Positions 36,281 to 46,079 of a stretch of DNA of 64,000 nt are shown piece by piece (position 1 is the stretch's first letter; each line of letters begins with the position of its first letter). Origin of the DNA: a virus (taxonomy: Duplodnaviria; Caudoviricetes); the IMG/VR virus record IMGVR_UViG_2974647559_000001, positions 1 through 64,000 of that record. One strand, written 5' to 3'. The notes below the pieces were generated by a model. It had not been told where the DNA came from and did not search any database. It saw only the letters and a program-made list of their open reading frames with translations. A program made the translations under genes and the position numbers.

Positions 36281-37536
36281 TTTGACCTCCATTTGTTTTG
36301 TATTTTCTTAATTTCTGCTATACGTGTTGACCTAACCAATTCACCAATAATAGCACCTTGTTTTCCTGACTGCAATGCTGGGAGTGTAATTTGTTTTGTA
36401 TCTAACGACAAAACAGCTTGTAAACACTCTCTAATGAAGTCTGCTTGTGGGTAAGGCTTACTCTCATACTCTTTAATTTGCTCTGGGGTGTAACCTCTGC
36501 CTCTTGCATCGGAAATACACACGTTCAAGAACATCTCAAATCGTTCAGGTTGTTGGATTGCCCGTGTATCTTCAAGCATCTTCATCATTGTGTTTGCTTT
36601 CAATGCACCGTTCCCACCCCTACCTAAACAGGAGTGTACTTTTGTGTGATATTTGCTAGAAATAACTGCCAAATCTCTATAATTGTTTGGGACTTTCCAT
36701 GTATCACAGAACTCATGTATCAACTCCACCCCAGCTTCTTCGTGACCATGCAGTTTACCGTATTTCTGGTGCATTATCGGTTTACCAAAATCGTGACAGA
36801 AAGCAGCAAACGTCACAACAGGATTATTGAAGGTTTTAGCTGCATAGTCCATCACCATGTAAGTGTGAACGTCTGTCCAAATTTCTGGATGATGTTCTTC
36901 TGGTTGTGGGGTTCTTTCCATACCATATAAGATTGGAAATATATCAAAACGGGACAACCAACGAAAGAAATTACTAGGCTTATTTTCACCCATAGCTTTT
37001 TCTATTTCAATCCATACACGTTCCGGTGAACACTTAAGTATTTCGTCTGCAACCTCGGAAGAATATTCAATCAACTGTGCGGGCAGATTTCTAAAATCTG
37101 GATACCTTGCAAGAAAACGTCCAGCGCGAAGAACACGAATAGGATCTTCCTTAAAAGCTTCCGATACAGGACGTAGTAACTTCGCTTGTATATCGGTGAT
37201 ACCGTTATGGGGATCAATATACACCTTATTCTCAAGGTCATACGCAATTGCGTTGATAGTAAGGTCACGCCTTAGTAAATCTTCCTCTAACGTAACATCT
37301 TTCCATGCTGTTTCAAACCCATTGTAACCGACACCAACTTTGCGCTCAGTACGGGCTAATGCGTACTCTTCACCTGTAATTGGGTGAAGGAAAACTGGAA
37401 AGTCTAACCCTACTTGCTTGTAACCAAGGGAAACCATTTCTTCAGGGGAAGATCCAACCACAACATAGTCACGGTCTTTTGGTTCCAAACCCATCAGCAT
37501 ATCCCGCACAGCGCCGCCAACTAAATATATCTTCAC
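36277..37536 (-). CDS. cca: Class II tRNA nucleotidyltransferase (CCA-adding) with HD domain
   Basis: VGGAVRD..DRD, RRDLTINA, EDPIRVLR, HDFGK HD motif. Confidence 0.92.
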   Translation of the reverse strand: MKIYLVGGAVRDMLMGLEPKDRDYVVVGSSPEEMVSLGYKQVGLDFPVFLHPITGEEYALARTERKVGVGYNGFETAWKDVTLEEDLLRRDLTINAIAYDLENKVYIDPHNGITDIQAKLLRPVSEAFKEDPIRVLRAGRFLARYPDFRNLPAQLIEYSSEVADEILKCSPERVWIEIEKAMGENKPSNFFRWLSRFDIFPILYGMERTPQPEEHHPEIWTDVHTYMVMDYAAKTFNNPVVTFAAFCHDFGKPIMHQKYGKLHGHEEAGVELIHEFCDTWKVPNNYRDLAVISSKYHTKVHSCLGRGGNGALKANTMMKMLEDTRAIQQPERFEMFLNVCISDARGRGYTPEQIKEYESKPYPQADFIRECLQAVLSLDTKQITLPALQSGKQGAIIGELVRSTRIAEIKKIQNKWRSK

Positions 37537-37545
37537 AAATCCTCC

Positions 37546-37851
37546 TTATAATCTATCACTCATATATTGTGCCATCCTCACTAACCATACAGGGTAGTCA
37601 TTATCGAGTATATCGTAGAAGCTACCAGCCTGCAAGTGAGATTGTGTAACCAAATGAGATAACTTTGAATGCTTTGATAAAGTATCAAAATTAGACAAAA
37701 GGTATTTACACATCTTATCAAAACATGCATCACTCAGGAGTGGTGTTCTGTGTGGTTCATGGTAATAGAGATATGAAGCAGCCAATAGCCAGAAATAGAT
37801 GGATTTTGGACTACTCCTATAATCTTCTCTGGCTTGTTGGTCGTAGTTCAT
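37546..37851 (-). CDS. Stand-alone NAD-dependent ligase domain Ia-like protein
   Basis: ASYLYY...PLLSDACFD matches LigA YY...P.ISD.EYD pattern. Confidence 0.55.
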   Translation of the reverse strand: MNYDQQAREDYRSSPKSIYFWLLAASYLYYHEPHRTPLLSDACFDKMCKYLLSNFDTLSKHSKLSHLVTQSHLQAGSFYDILDNDYPVWLVRMAQYMSDRL

Positions 37852-37852
37852 T

Positions 37853-38089
37853 CTACATTATCCTCCCTATCTTACCAATCTTGTTTTGCAGTTCATAGAT
37901 TTCTTTTTGTTTTTCTTCTATGCACTTTTGTGTATGCTTAAAGAATTCAATAAACATAGCATCTTGTGTTGAGTATTTCTCAATCTTACCCCACCCTACT
38001 ATATTACTGATATCAACTCTCTCGTTGTTGGTACAAGCAGCTTGGAATAATCCTTCATTGAGGCTTAGTATTTCCACTGATTTTCTCAT
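37853..38089 (-). CDS. Hypothetical protein
   Basis: ORF in operon. Confidence 0.6.
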   Translation of the reverse strand: MRKSVEILSLNEGLFQAACTNNERVDISNIVGWGKIEKYSTQDAMFIEFFKHTQKCIEEKQKEIYELQNKIGKIGRIM

Positions 38090-38390
38090 TCTTCGCCTCC
38101 ATAAATAATCCTAAATAATCTTCCACTTCTTTGTCAGTATTACACATCCAGACAATAGAGTCAACATAAAAATCATCATCAGACATCATGTACATGATTT
38201 GGGATAATTTATACATATTGTTTGGAACGTGTATAAATTTCTTGTTATTTTGTACATCAATAATGTAACCATCTGCTGTCTTGTAGGGAAGATTTTGTTT
38301 AGATAAACTCCATTGTAAGGAGTCTACAAAATATCCCCATTCTGGTAAGTTATTGCACACCACTACTATGTTCTTAATCATGTACCTCAC
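38055..38390 (-). CDS. Hypothetical protein
   Basis: ORF in operon. Confidence 0.6.
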   Translation of the reverse strand: MRYMIKNIVVVCNNLPEWGYFVDSLQWSLSKQNLPYKTADGYIIDVQNNKKFIHVPNNMYKLSQIMYMMSDDDFYVDSIVWMCNTDKEVEDYLGLFMEAKNEKISGNTKPQ

Positions 38391-38607
38391 CTCTTAAATC
38401 TGAGAACCATCCAACTAAATCTGAGAACCATTCAGCATTGAAGAACCACCTCCAAATATATCTAGGTTTTCTTATTTGTAGCTCACCATGTGAATCTATA
38501 AATGGTTTGTGTACACGTATGCGCTGAAAACTTCCATTTCCGCTGTAGTTATGTTTGTACCTACTGGATAAGAATTGCTTGTTGCGCTGGATCAGTTTAC
38601 GTTTCAT
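38374..38607 (-). CDS. Hypothetical basic protein
   Basis: ORF in operon. Confidence 0.55.
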   Translation of the reverse strand: MKRKLIQRNKQFLSSRYKHNYSGNGSFQRIRVHKPFIDSHGELQIRKPRYIWRWFFNAEWFSDLVGWFSDLRGEVHD

Positions 38608-39041
38608 ACCTTCTCCGCAGTCTTATTCAAACAATCAATCAAAACACTATCACTAAACTTCTTAATCACATCGAGCTTATCCTGAATCTTATTATAGATT
38701 GGCACTTGATACGCTTGAGCAATCAGATTAGTGAATACTGGCTTAGCAGCTGCTGGAATATCTTTAGATTGTTCTAACCTTGTAGATATTTCTGCCAAAC
38801 TCATGTGCTCTTGCCTAACAGTCATAATCTTCTCTGCTTGATTAGCCCAACCATTGCACAGTTCAGATGAATTAACTGTAGTAGAGTACAGCAATAAGAA
38901 TAGCATAATACCAAAGGCAATAATCAACTCGTTTTTTACATAACTAAGAAAGCTCTCCCTACGTTGCTCTCTTGGTGGAGGTGGTTTTGGTAGAGGTTGA
39001 TAACCATTCCCATCCCTACCGTTATAATTATTTTTCATCAT
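38604..39041 (-). CDS. Membrane-anchored hypothetical protein
   Basis: GYQPLP-PPPP leader then a transmembrane helix. Confidence 0.7.
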   Translation of the reverse strand: MMKNNYNGRDGNGYQPLPKPPPPREQRRESFLSYVKNELIIAFGIMLFLLLYSTTVNSSELCNGWANQAEKIMTVRQEHMSLAEISTRLEQSKDIPAAAKPVFTNLIAQAYQVPIYNKIQDKLDVIKKFSDSVLIDCLNKTAEKV

Positions 39042-39213
39042 TACTCTCCTTAATTAATTTCATTACAAGTTCTTGTCTATATTTACATTCCAATGGTCGA
39101 TTGCATTCCCCTGAGTCATCTGATGTGTCACACTCCAATGAGGCGTAACACCAACCCTCACTCCATACAGGGCAGCGGAAGATTAAGTTCTCAGAAGCTA
39201 TTAGTGTGTTCAT
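39028..39213 (-). CDS. Small Cys-rich hypothetical protein
   Basis: Five Cys in 61 aa. Confidence 0.55.
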   Translation of the reverse strand: MNTLIASENLIFRCPVWSEGWCYASLECDTSDDSGECNRPLECKYRQELVMKLIKESNDEK

Positions 39214-39216
39214 AAC

Positions 39217-39603
39217 TCACCACCCTGCCTGCTGGCGTAGTTGGTTGGCGTATTCGTTAGCGTGACTCTCAATCTCATCTGCGGAAAACGTTCCTGCAAC
39301 TGTGTTTATTAAGTGAGCGCCATCAATAAATCCATCACGACCAGCCTGCGCCTCAACTTCTGCTAGGCACTGGGCTGGTGTTCCTGATAGCGTATCTTTA
39401 ATTCTCCCTTTCCAAACATCACAATCGCTTTCTGACAGTTCCATGCTAAGCTGCATATCTTCAAGAATGTCATCTAGGCTAGTTCGCAACAACTCAACCT
39501 GCGCTTGCAACTTATTATTTCTTTCTGTACTCTCTTGCCAACCAATTTTATGTGCAATAAGGGCTTGCTCTAGCTCCGAAATCCGTTTTTCTATTTCACT
39601 CAT
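39217..39603 (-). CDS. Coiled-coil hypothetical protein
   Basis: TPAQCLAEVEAQAGRDGF motif; GC-richer codons than neighbours. Confidence 0.7.
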   Translation of the reverse strand: MSEIEKRISELEQALIAHKIGWQESTERNNKLQAQVELLRTSLDDILEDMQLSMELSESDCDVWKGRIKDTLSGTPAQCLAEVEAQAGRDGFIDGAHLINTVAGTFSADEIESHANEYANQLRQQAGW

Positions 39604-39604
39604 C

Positions 39605-39919
39605 TTATTTACCCTCCATCATCAAAGCCACTAATAAACCACCTACAGCCTCATGTATAGCAATCTGCCTATCGGTGGCCTTAAATAACTTATGATAGTT
39701 TCCCCAAAATTCCTCATAATATACCCACCCATCAGCAGTGATGCCATCATAATGGCTATATATTTCTTGCTTGCGTAAATCCTCAAGGAATTGTATTGGG
39801 TCTACAAATATATCTTCTAGATGTTGTGGTTTCACCCCTTTAGTTTTGATTCGTTGCATCTTGCTCGTCCTTGATGATTTTATCTGCCTGCTTGAGTACG
39901 CCATAGAAGAATAATTCAT
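39605..39919 (-). CDS. Hypothetical protein
   Basis: ORF in operon. Confidence 0.6.
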   Translation of the reverse strand: MNYSSMAYSSRQIKSSRTSKMQRIKTKGVKPQHLEDIFVDPIQFLEDLRKQEIYSHYDGITADGWVYYEEFWGNYHKLFKATDRQIAIHEAVGGLLVALMMEGK

Positions 39920-40000
39920 ATCGGTCTACTTTCTGCTGCAATTGTTTGTTCTTCTTGACCAGTGCTAAGTATTCATCTTCGTTCACTTCTATTGTGTTAA

Positions 40001-40354
40001 TCATTTTATCTCCTGAACATAATCAACTTCTAATTCTTGTTCTTCTATGAGGATAATAACACCATACTCATCCGTATCAGAAATAAATTGCCATGTCCAA
40101 CAATCACCAGTCCATATTTCATGTCGGATGAATTTATCAAAACCTTCAATGAACTTCATCCATTTACCATCCTCATAATAAGTTGAGCATAGATTAAAGG
40201 TGTAAGACAAGTGCTTGGCTACTTCAGAAAGGTGTTCTGATTCAAAGAACACTGTAGCATGTTCTGCATCTTCTCCAACAAAATACTTCTCAGCTAGTTC
40301 CAAGTCTTTAAATTCAACATGCACAACTTGTTTTAATTCCACTTCAAATTTCAT
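40001..40354 (-). CDS. Hypothetical acidic protein
   Basis: 117-aa ORF with strong RBS. Confidence 0.7.
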   Translation of the reverse strand: MKFEVELKQVVHVEFKDLELAEKYFVGEDAEHATVFFESEHLSEVAKHLSYTFNLCSTYYEDGKWMKFIEGFDKFIRHEIWTGDCWTWQFISDTDEYGVIILIEEQELEVDYVQEIK

Positions 40355-40362
40355 AACCCCTC

Positions 40363-40578
40363 CTATTTATTAAACAGATAACCTTTGCTATCTACCACAC
40401 CATTTGTCACAATCACACGTTTACCGTCCTTACCAACAACCTCCCATGTTCTCGTGGGGTATTCCTTACAACTATTTGTATTGCTCAATATGTAATATTC
40501 CTGTTGTGTTGGTGGTAACTGTTGTAACTCTAACAAATGAGTCAGCAGAAAGCAAATGATCATATTAAATTTCTCCAT
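40363..40578 (-). CDS. Hypothetical protein
   Basis: ORF in operon. Confidence 0.55.
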   Translation of the reverse strand: MEKFNMIICFLLTHLLELQQLPPTQQEYYILSNTNSCKEYPTRTWEVVGKDGKRVIVTNGVVDSKGYLFNK

Positions 40579-40828
40579 TCTCCAGATAAATTAACATATC
40601 TGTATATTCTTTTTCAGTTAGGTGAGACTTAATCACCTCAAGATATGCAGAGTATAGTGCTTTATCTTCCTCAGTGTCAAGTAGGTCAATACCATATTTA
40701 CAATTTAGTAGGTTGTCAAAAGCCATACCTACAAATAATGTTTCCATATCCTCGCGTAATGAATAACCATCATCAAGGAATGGCATGTTGTTATATTTAA
40801 GTTCTGGTGTTAATAATTTGTGTTTCAT
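40565..40828 (-). CDS. Hypothetical protein
   Basis: ORF in operon. Confidence 0.6.
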   Translation of the reverse strand: MKHKLLTPELKYNNMPFLDDGYSLREDMETLFVGMAFDNLLNCKYGIDLLDTEEDKALYSAYLEVIKSHLTEKEYTDMLIYLENGEI

Positions 40829-40831
40829 ACC

Positions 40832-41071
40832 CTACCCCTTAGCACTAATTTTATGACCTTCAAATTTATTCTTTGGTTGCTGTAATTTAGAAGCCCTGAT
40901 TGTATATTTACCCTTACCATATTCTTCGTCTACGAAGCTCTGAGCCACTCCACGTTCTTTAGTGTGGATATATACGTAATACATTGCAGTACGTACATAG
41001 AACGTTGCAGGGTGTTCAAAATCAATATCAGCGAATTGTTCAAACTCTACAGTTGTTGTCTTAATTGTCAT
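40832..41071 (-). CDS. Hypothetical protein (start MTIKTT)
   Basis: GGAG RBS; ATGA overlap. Confidence 0.65.
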   Translation of the reverse strand: MTIKTTTVEFEQFADIDFEHPATFYVRTAMYYVYIHTKERGVAQSFVDEEYGKGKYTIRASKLQQPKNKFEGHKISAKG

Positions 41072-41406
41072 ATTTTCTCCTCCATCACAAGCTCCCCCCA
41101 AAGACTTGCATAGCTAATCTTATCAATAACACTATCGTTATGTAAGCCCTCTTGACTATAAAATCTAACATCTTTTAAGATACTTAGTATCAGTGCAATA
41201 TCTGATGGTTGTAATTCGGTATTACGTAGTGTATTAAATATTGTTGCTATCTTAGCAAATGATCGCTCACCGCCCTCTTGTTCATATTCTGCTGCACGCT
41301 CAAGTTGGATAGACTTCACTTGGTCTAATAACATTGTTGACGTTAATTTGGATATTTCTTGTTCTAATTGTTTTTGCTGTAATTGTGAATACATGCAATC
41401 TTCCAT
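41068..41406 (-). CDS. DUF6378-like protein
   Basis: ER..Y...ERSFAKIA...DIAL...LK..R...H.DS.ID..SYA pattern. Confidence 0.65.
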   Translation of the reverse strand: MEDCMYSQLQQKQLEQEISKLTSTMLLDQVKSIQLERAAEYEQEGGERSFAKIATIFNTLRNTELQPSDIALILSILKDVRFYSQEGLHNDSVIDKISYASLWGELVMEEKI

Positions 41407-41699
41407 TATTTATCCTCCAACTCTTTAACAATAGTGTTTGTACAATAATGATAAGCACTAATCAAGTCACCAATATCCCCTTCAACACCCTCTGAGACTT
41501 CGTGTAACACTTTCTTAGCCACTTGCTGCAGTGTACTATGGAAAGATGTATGGTACTTCTCATATTCCTCGCCAGTGTCCTTACGCTTGGCCATATACTT
41601 AGTGTGCAGGTTAAACCCGTGTAGCGATTTCTCGAAACTAAATTTATCATTGATTTTAATTGCCATGTTATTTCCATCCTCTAATATCTTTAATGTCAT
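41406..41699 (-). CDS. Hypothetical protein
   Basis: ORF in operon. Confidence 0.6.
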   Translation of the reverse strand: MTLKILEDGNNMAIKINDKFSFEKSLHGFNLHTKYMAKRKDTGEEYEKYHTSFHSTLQQVAKKVLHEVSEGVEGDIGDLISAYHYCTNTIVKELEDK

Positions 41700-42216
41700 T
41701 TAAACTGGTTGGTTTGTAGTTTACTTGTTCACAAGATACACAAAAATACCTTTGATCTGTTAATTCATCATCAGTAGCTACATCGTAGTGGTCTAATACC
41801 GATAAATCTTGTACAACCTTACTATGTAAATGCCCATGAATACAATTCCCGCGATATAGCTCATAATCTGGCACTGGTACGTGTGTGAGCCACAACCCCC
41901 AACGCTGCTCTACACCCATCACACAAACATTCTTATGCTGTAAAGCATATCGCGGTAATGACTTAGCATCGTGATTACCTAATATCAAGTACACTTGTTG
42001 AAACTTCTTAGCATAAGCACTAATACGCCAGAATTCACTCTCTTTAAATATTATATCACCTAGCAGCCAGATGTAATCTTGTTTGTTACCACAAGTCATA
42101 ATATTTTCATGGATAGTCTCGTTGTGTTCTTCTTGTGAGGAAAACTCCTTACGAAACTTCATGTGGATGTTGCTGTGACCAAAATGCGTGTCAGCTATAA
42201 AATAATGTTTAGTCAT
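41668..42216 (-). CDS. Calcineurin-like metallophosphoesterase
   Basis: ADTHFGH, LGD, GNHD, THVP, HGHLH. Confidence 0.88.
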   Translation of the reverse strand: MTKHYFIADTHFGHSNIHMKFRKEFSSQEEHNETIHENIMTCGNKQDYIWLLGDIIFKESEFWRISAYAKKFQQVYLILGNHDAKSLPRYALQHKNVCVMGVEQRWGLWLTHVPVPDYELYRGNCIHGHLHSKVVQDLSVLDHYDVATDDELTDQRYFCVSCEQVNYKPTSLNDIKDIRGWK

Positions 42217-42217
42217 A

Positions 42218-43030
42218 TTATTCTCCTAAATAAACCACAACACATTCTTGAACTTTCTTTCGATTACCACCGTCACAACTTATTGTACGCTGTACATCAA
42301 ACAAGTGTATTTCGTCTGCGTCTGAATATAGTTCTTCGGTGTATGGTGTCCAGTGGTTACTTATAATCGACGTACACGTACTCTCTTTAGATAACTTTTT
42401 CAGTAATTCATGTTCTGCCTTACCAAAACCTTCTGCTGTATATTTGAAATCAGAGGTTAATGGTACATATGGTGGATCAGAGTAGATTAATTCTTCTTTG
42501 TGTGATAACTTAAATAATACGTCGAATCCAGTATTGTATAATGTTGTATTATACTGGTGACGTTCATTTAAAAACCTTATGGCCTTTTCTGGCACACTCT
42601 TAGGTTTTGTTGTAACTGTACCAACGGGTACATTAAAACTACCTTTACTGTTGTATCTACACAGACCATTGAATCCGTGTTTATTTAGGTATTGAAATAA
42701 CGCAGCCCTCACAACGGATGCGTCAGATTTACTATTAAAACGTTTTCTGAGGTCTGTATACGCATCAGAGCCGCAGTTGAAGAATGCCTCGCAAAAACTC
42801 AAATATGTATCTGGACAATCCAACATGATTCGGTAACTACCCATCAAGTCTCTATTTAAATCATTCCAAATATAGTATTCAGCATCAAAATTTAAACTTA
42901 CGTTTGCAGCACCAACAAAAGGTTCAACAAAAATAGGTTTACGGTGTTTTTCTAATATTGGTAGCAAATGATTTAGTGCCTTACCTTTACCGCCAGCCCA
43001 TTTCAATGGGCTGGTATTATAATTACTCAT
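42218..43030 (-). CDS. dam: Dam-family DNA adenine methyltransferase
   Basis: LKWAGGK, EPFVGA, NDLN, FNGLCRYN, DPPY. Confidence 0.9.
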   Translation of the reverse strand: MSNYNTSPLKWAGGKGKALNHLLPILEKHRKPIFVEPFVGAANVSLNFDAEYYIWNDLNRDLMGSYRIMLDCPDTYLSFCEAFFNCGSDAYTDLRKRFNSKSDASVVRAALFQYLNKHGFNGLCRYNSKGSFNVPVGTVTTKPKSVPEKAIRFLNERHQYNTTLYNTGFDVLFKLSHKEELIYSDPPYVPLTSDFKYTAEGFGKAEHELLKKLSKESTCTSIISNHWTPYTEELYSDADEIHLFDVQRTISCDGGNRKKVQECVVVYLGE

Positions 43031-43054
43031 ATTTTCTCCTTAAATTTTAATCAT

Positions 43055-43091
43055 AAAAATGCCCGACCAACTAATAATAGCAGATCGGGCA
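43055..43091 (-). terminator. Rho-independent terminator
   Basis: TGCCCGA/TCGGGCA stem with T5 tail on minus strand. Confidence 0.65.
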
Positions 43092-43101
43092 AGTAAGTCA
43101 A

Positions 43102-43827
43102 TTAATTATTTTCATTATTTTCTACTTCGACAATAGAAATTTTACCACCCTCCGCTACATCAACCATAACCCTACCACCGATATAATCAATCAGTTGTTT
43201 TTTGGTTAATTTAGCCAACACTTCGTCTGGTAATTCCTCAATGAAGTCATCCATCATATCAGCAAGGGCTTCTTCTTGTTTGACCTTGTGTTCTGTTTCA
43301 AGCGCCTCTTGCCGCTTCTCCAATCGAGTGATAATTTCTTGTTCATATAACCATATCTGCTTACCATTCAGAAGTTCATCAATCTCTTTATCTGACAGGA
43401 AATGTTTGTATGTGTCATTAACTAAATCTCTTTCTTCTTTGTCAATGTGTTCCACCATAGCTTTAACTTCATGGTGAGATCCACCCGTACCGTAACTAAC
43501 TACGTGGCACAGCATTGATACGTGCCTACCAACATGGCACACATCACAGTTGAGGAAAAGATAACTTCCTGCACTGTGTGCGCTACTCATTAAGTAGCCA
43601 TGAATTTCGGCACGACAATTCCGCATCAAATTCATCAGGGTGATCATAGACTCCCCATTACCCCCTCTAGTTGAGAAGTAAATCTCAACAATATCTTCCT
43701 CATTTGCTGCAAGAAGAACGTCACAGAAGTAGCTGTAGTTATCTGGTTCGTCTATTTGTGAATCAAATTTAAGTATATGTGTCATACTTCGCGGGTAACT
43801 GTACGGTAATGTTTTTTCTTTGTACAT
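43102..43827 (-). CDS. ClpP-like serine protease
   Basis: FSTRGG, AHSAG (catalytic Ser), MLCH, WLY motifs. Confidence 0.75.
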   Translation of the reverse strand: MYKEKTLPYSYPRSMTHILKFDSQIDEPDNYSYFCDVLLAANEEDIVEIYFSTRGGNGESMITLMNLMRNCRAEIHGYLMSSAHSAGSYLFLNCDVCHVGRHVSMLCHVVSYGTGGSHHEVKAMVEHIDKEERDLVNDTYKHFLSDKEIDELLNGKQIWLYEQEIITRLEKRQEALETEHKVKQEEALADMMDDFIEELPDEVLAKLTKKQLIDYIGGRVMVDVAEGGKISIVEVENNENN

Positions 43828-43838
43828 ATATATGCTCC

Positions 43839-44624
43839 TTAAATTTCGTCAAAGGCTTTAACAAACAACTTAGCCAATCCAGAACGAACTACATCATCCC
43901 TATCGAAATAAACCATACCTATGTTGTTAGTAAGCTCAGCATAATCGTCACCATCCAAATAACTCGGAGTTTCTTTTCGTAATGAATGGATCAGGTTTAG
44001 GATAAAAGTCAAACCACTATCACCTTTTATGTCTTGCTGCCAAGGTTTAGTGTCCCCACAAACGATCATCTGACTACCTTCGTCAATCCTTGTGACTAAT
44101 GTTTGCATAGTCTTAATGTCAGTATTGGAACCTTCATCTACAACAATCACCGACCTTTTATAACTCCGTCCTCGGCAATCCTCTAAGGCTTCCATTACAA
44201 TCTGCCCATTCTCCAGAGCATATTCAAATTGACCATTACCAAGAATTTGCTTAATGGGGTCTAGCATTGATTGCATAATTGGCATCAATTTTTCAGTTGT
44301 TGTTCCCGGTCTTAGTCCAATACTCCGACCCACTGATTCGTAGGGACGGATAAGTACAATGCGATCTACTTCACCTTTCAAGAAGCGATTGACTGCATGC
44401 ACACAAGCTACGAATGTTTTCCCAGACCCACTAGCACCTACACTATATACCAACTGCTTAGTTTTGAGCATTTCAATATACTTTGCTTGATTTGCTGTCT
44501 TTGCAACCAGCGGGTAAACCTTGGCTTGTTTTTCTTCTACGAACTTCTGCCGTACAGGTTTAATTGCAGTTTCATCGTCTACTTTTCGCCGACGAGTGCG
44601 GGGTGAGTTGTTTGCACCTTTCAT
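43839..44624 (-). CDS. phoH: PhoH-like ATPase
   Basis: GASGSGKT, LIRP, RGRS, VDEGSN, CGD. Confidence 0.9.
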   Translation of the reverse strand: MKGANNSPRTRRRKVDDETAIKPVRQKFVEEKQAKVYPLVAKTANQAKYIEMLKTKQLVYSVGASGSGKTFVACVHAVNRFLKGEVDRIVLIRPYESVGRSIGLRPGTTTEKLMPIMQSMLDPIKQILGNGQFEYALENGQIVMEALEDCRGRSYKRSVIVVDEGSNTDIKTMQTLVTRIDEGSQMIVCGDTKPWQQDIKGDSGLTFILNLIHSLRKETPSYLDGDDYAELTNNIGMVYFDRDDVVRSGLAKLFVKAFDEI

Positions 44625-45001
44625 ACTTCCTCCAATGTAATTTTCATCTTTAGTTCAACCCAAGGGTAATATTTAACCGTCATATTGTGATAATAAAAAG
44701 AAAAACCTTTCAACTCTAATTTGTGTACCAATTGTTTTATGTTATCAAATAAAAACCTATCCTGCGCCATAAAACCAGACTCTCTGACCTTCACGTTTCT
44801 GCTGGGGTGTTGCATACACTCTGCAATTATACCAAGGGCAACCCCAGTAGATTTACCTGTGCAACGATCTTCTAAATTGATCCCTTGTTGTATATAATTA
44901 ACAACACACTCTGGGTTATTCTCCCATAACCATCTACTTACACGTATTGACATATTACACCTCCTCAAAATACGGAGATAAGAAATCAACTTCGTAATCA
45001 T
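44621..45001 (-). CDS. Hypothetical protein (P-loop-like RCTGKST; start uncertain)
   Basis: ORF in operon. Confidence 0.55.
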   Translation of the reverse strand: MITKLISYLRILRRCNMSIRVSRWLWENNPECVVNYIQQGINLEDRCTGKSTGVALGIIAECMQHPSRNVKVRESGFMAQDRFLFDNIKQLVHKLELKGFSFYYHNMTVKYYPWVELKMKITLEEV

Positions 45002-45173
45002 CTAAGTCAACACTTGTAACAAAATTATATGCCTTAGATTTCAACACATCATACAATCTTTGCACAACTTCTCGATCAATATACCAAGAATTTTCATCCT
45101 TATTCTTTTCGTCTTGTAGGTATTTAACACAAGCATTTAGCACGATAAGTTTATCAACTTTGAAAACTGCCAT
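44955..45173 (-). CDS. Hypothetical protein
   Basis: AGGAG RBS. Confidence 0.65.
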   Translation of the reverse strand: MAVFKVDKLIVLNACVKYLQDEKNKDENSWYIDREVVQRLYDVLKSKAYNFVTSVDLDDYEVDFLSPYFEEV

Positions 45174-45201
45174 ATTATTTCTCCTTATTTAATTAACGAA
45201 G

Positions 45202-45603
45202 TTAATGTACCACTTTATTCTTCTGAGCCTTCTCTTGCTCAATACCACCATCAATCAATTTAAGGATATTCTCAGCATGTTTTTGTAACACATCATCAAT
45301 TGCTCCATAGAATACTTGATAATTATCGGATGTCAACACATTTAAAATCTTAGCTACTTCTTTGTCAGTCATTACAGTGAGTAGATTATCATATACACGT
45401 TGAGCCAGAGGGTTACTCTTCTCTAATTCATATTGTAACTCCAACCCACGTTGGTTAGCTGTATAGAAAGCTAATTCATCTTCGTCCATATTATCTGAAT
45501 TTGTGTTAATGAATGTTTTAATTTCATTAAGTTGATTCAATACAGGCTTCGATGATAAGTCGAAAAATTCCTCAAGTTGTTTTATAGCTTTAGTTGTCAT
45601 CAT
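45202..45603 (-). CDS. Hypothetical protein
   Basis: 133-aa ORF with AGGAG RBS. Confidence 0.7.
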   Translation of the reverse strand: MMTTKAIKQLEEFFDLSSKPVLNQLNEIKTFINTNSDNMDEDELAFYTANQRGLELQYELEKSNPLAQRVYDNLLTVMTDKEVAKILNVLTSDNYQVFYGAIDDVLQKHAENILKLIDGGIEQEKAQKNKVVH

Positions 45604-45706
45604 ACTCTCCTTCTAAATCCAAGTTAAATTCATCACTACGTTCAAGTAGGTCATATATATCACACATATCTAAGTTAATCAATATTATTCTCCTTTAATT
45701 TTTATA

Positions 45707-45735
45707 AGTATCTCACAATATATTGCTAGAGTCAA
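45707..45735 (-). promoter_or_regulatory. Sigma70-type promoter
   Basis: TTGACT-17-GATACT. Confidence 0.65.
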
Positions 45736-45752
45736 GATAAATATTAATTTAT

Positions 45753-46076
45753 CTACATGAATATCGAGAAATCTCTATTATGTTCTAGCACAATATCGTC
45801 ATAATCAGCTTTCTTGTAATGACCGGAATTGATCTTATGCACCATTGTGTGATAACTCGCCTCAACCCCACCATCCATAATAGTCATAGGAATATCTAAT
45901 ATGTAACAGTCTACACCTATAGCTTTGGTATCTTTTGGTGTACTTAGACGGTAAGAGCAATATATCAGTTTTTGTCTATCAATGTCAACTAACACATTCT
46001 CATATTTGCGATAATTACCAGCACTGGTGTACGCATATACAGTTTTTAATTTGAAGTCTTTAAATTTGTTTGACAT
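45753..46076 (-). CDS. Hypothetical protein
   Basis: 107-aa ORF. Confidence 0.65.
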   Translation of the reverse strand: MSNKFKDFKLKTVYAYTSAGNYRKYENVLVDIDRQKLIYCSYRLSTPKDTKAIGVDCYILDIPMTIMDGGVEASYHTMVHKINSGHYKKADYDDIVLEHNRDFSIFM

Positions 46077-46079
46077 AAA

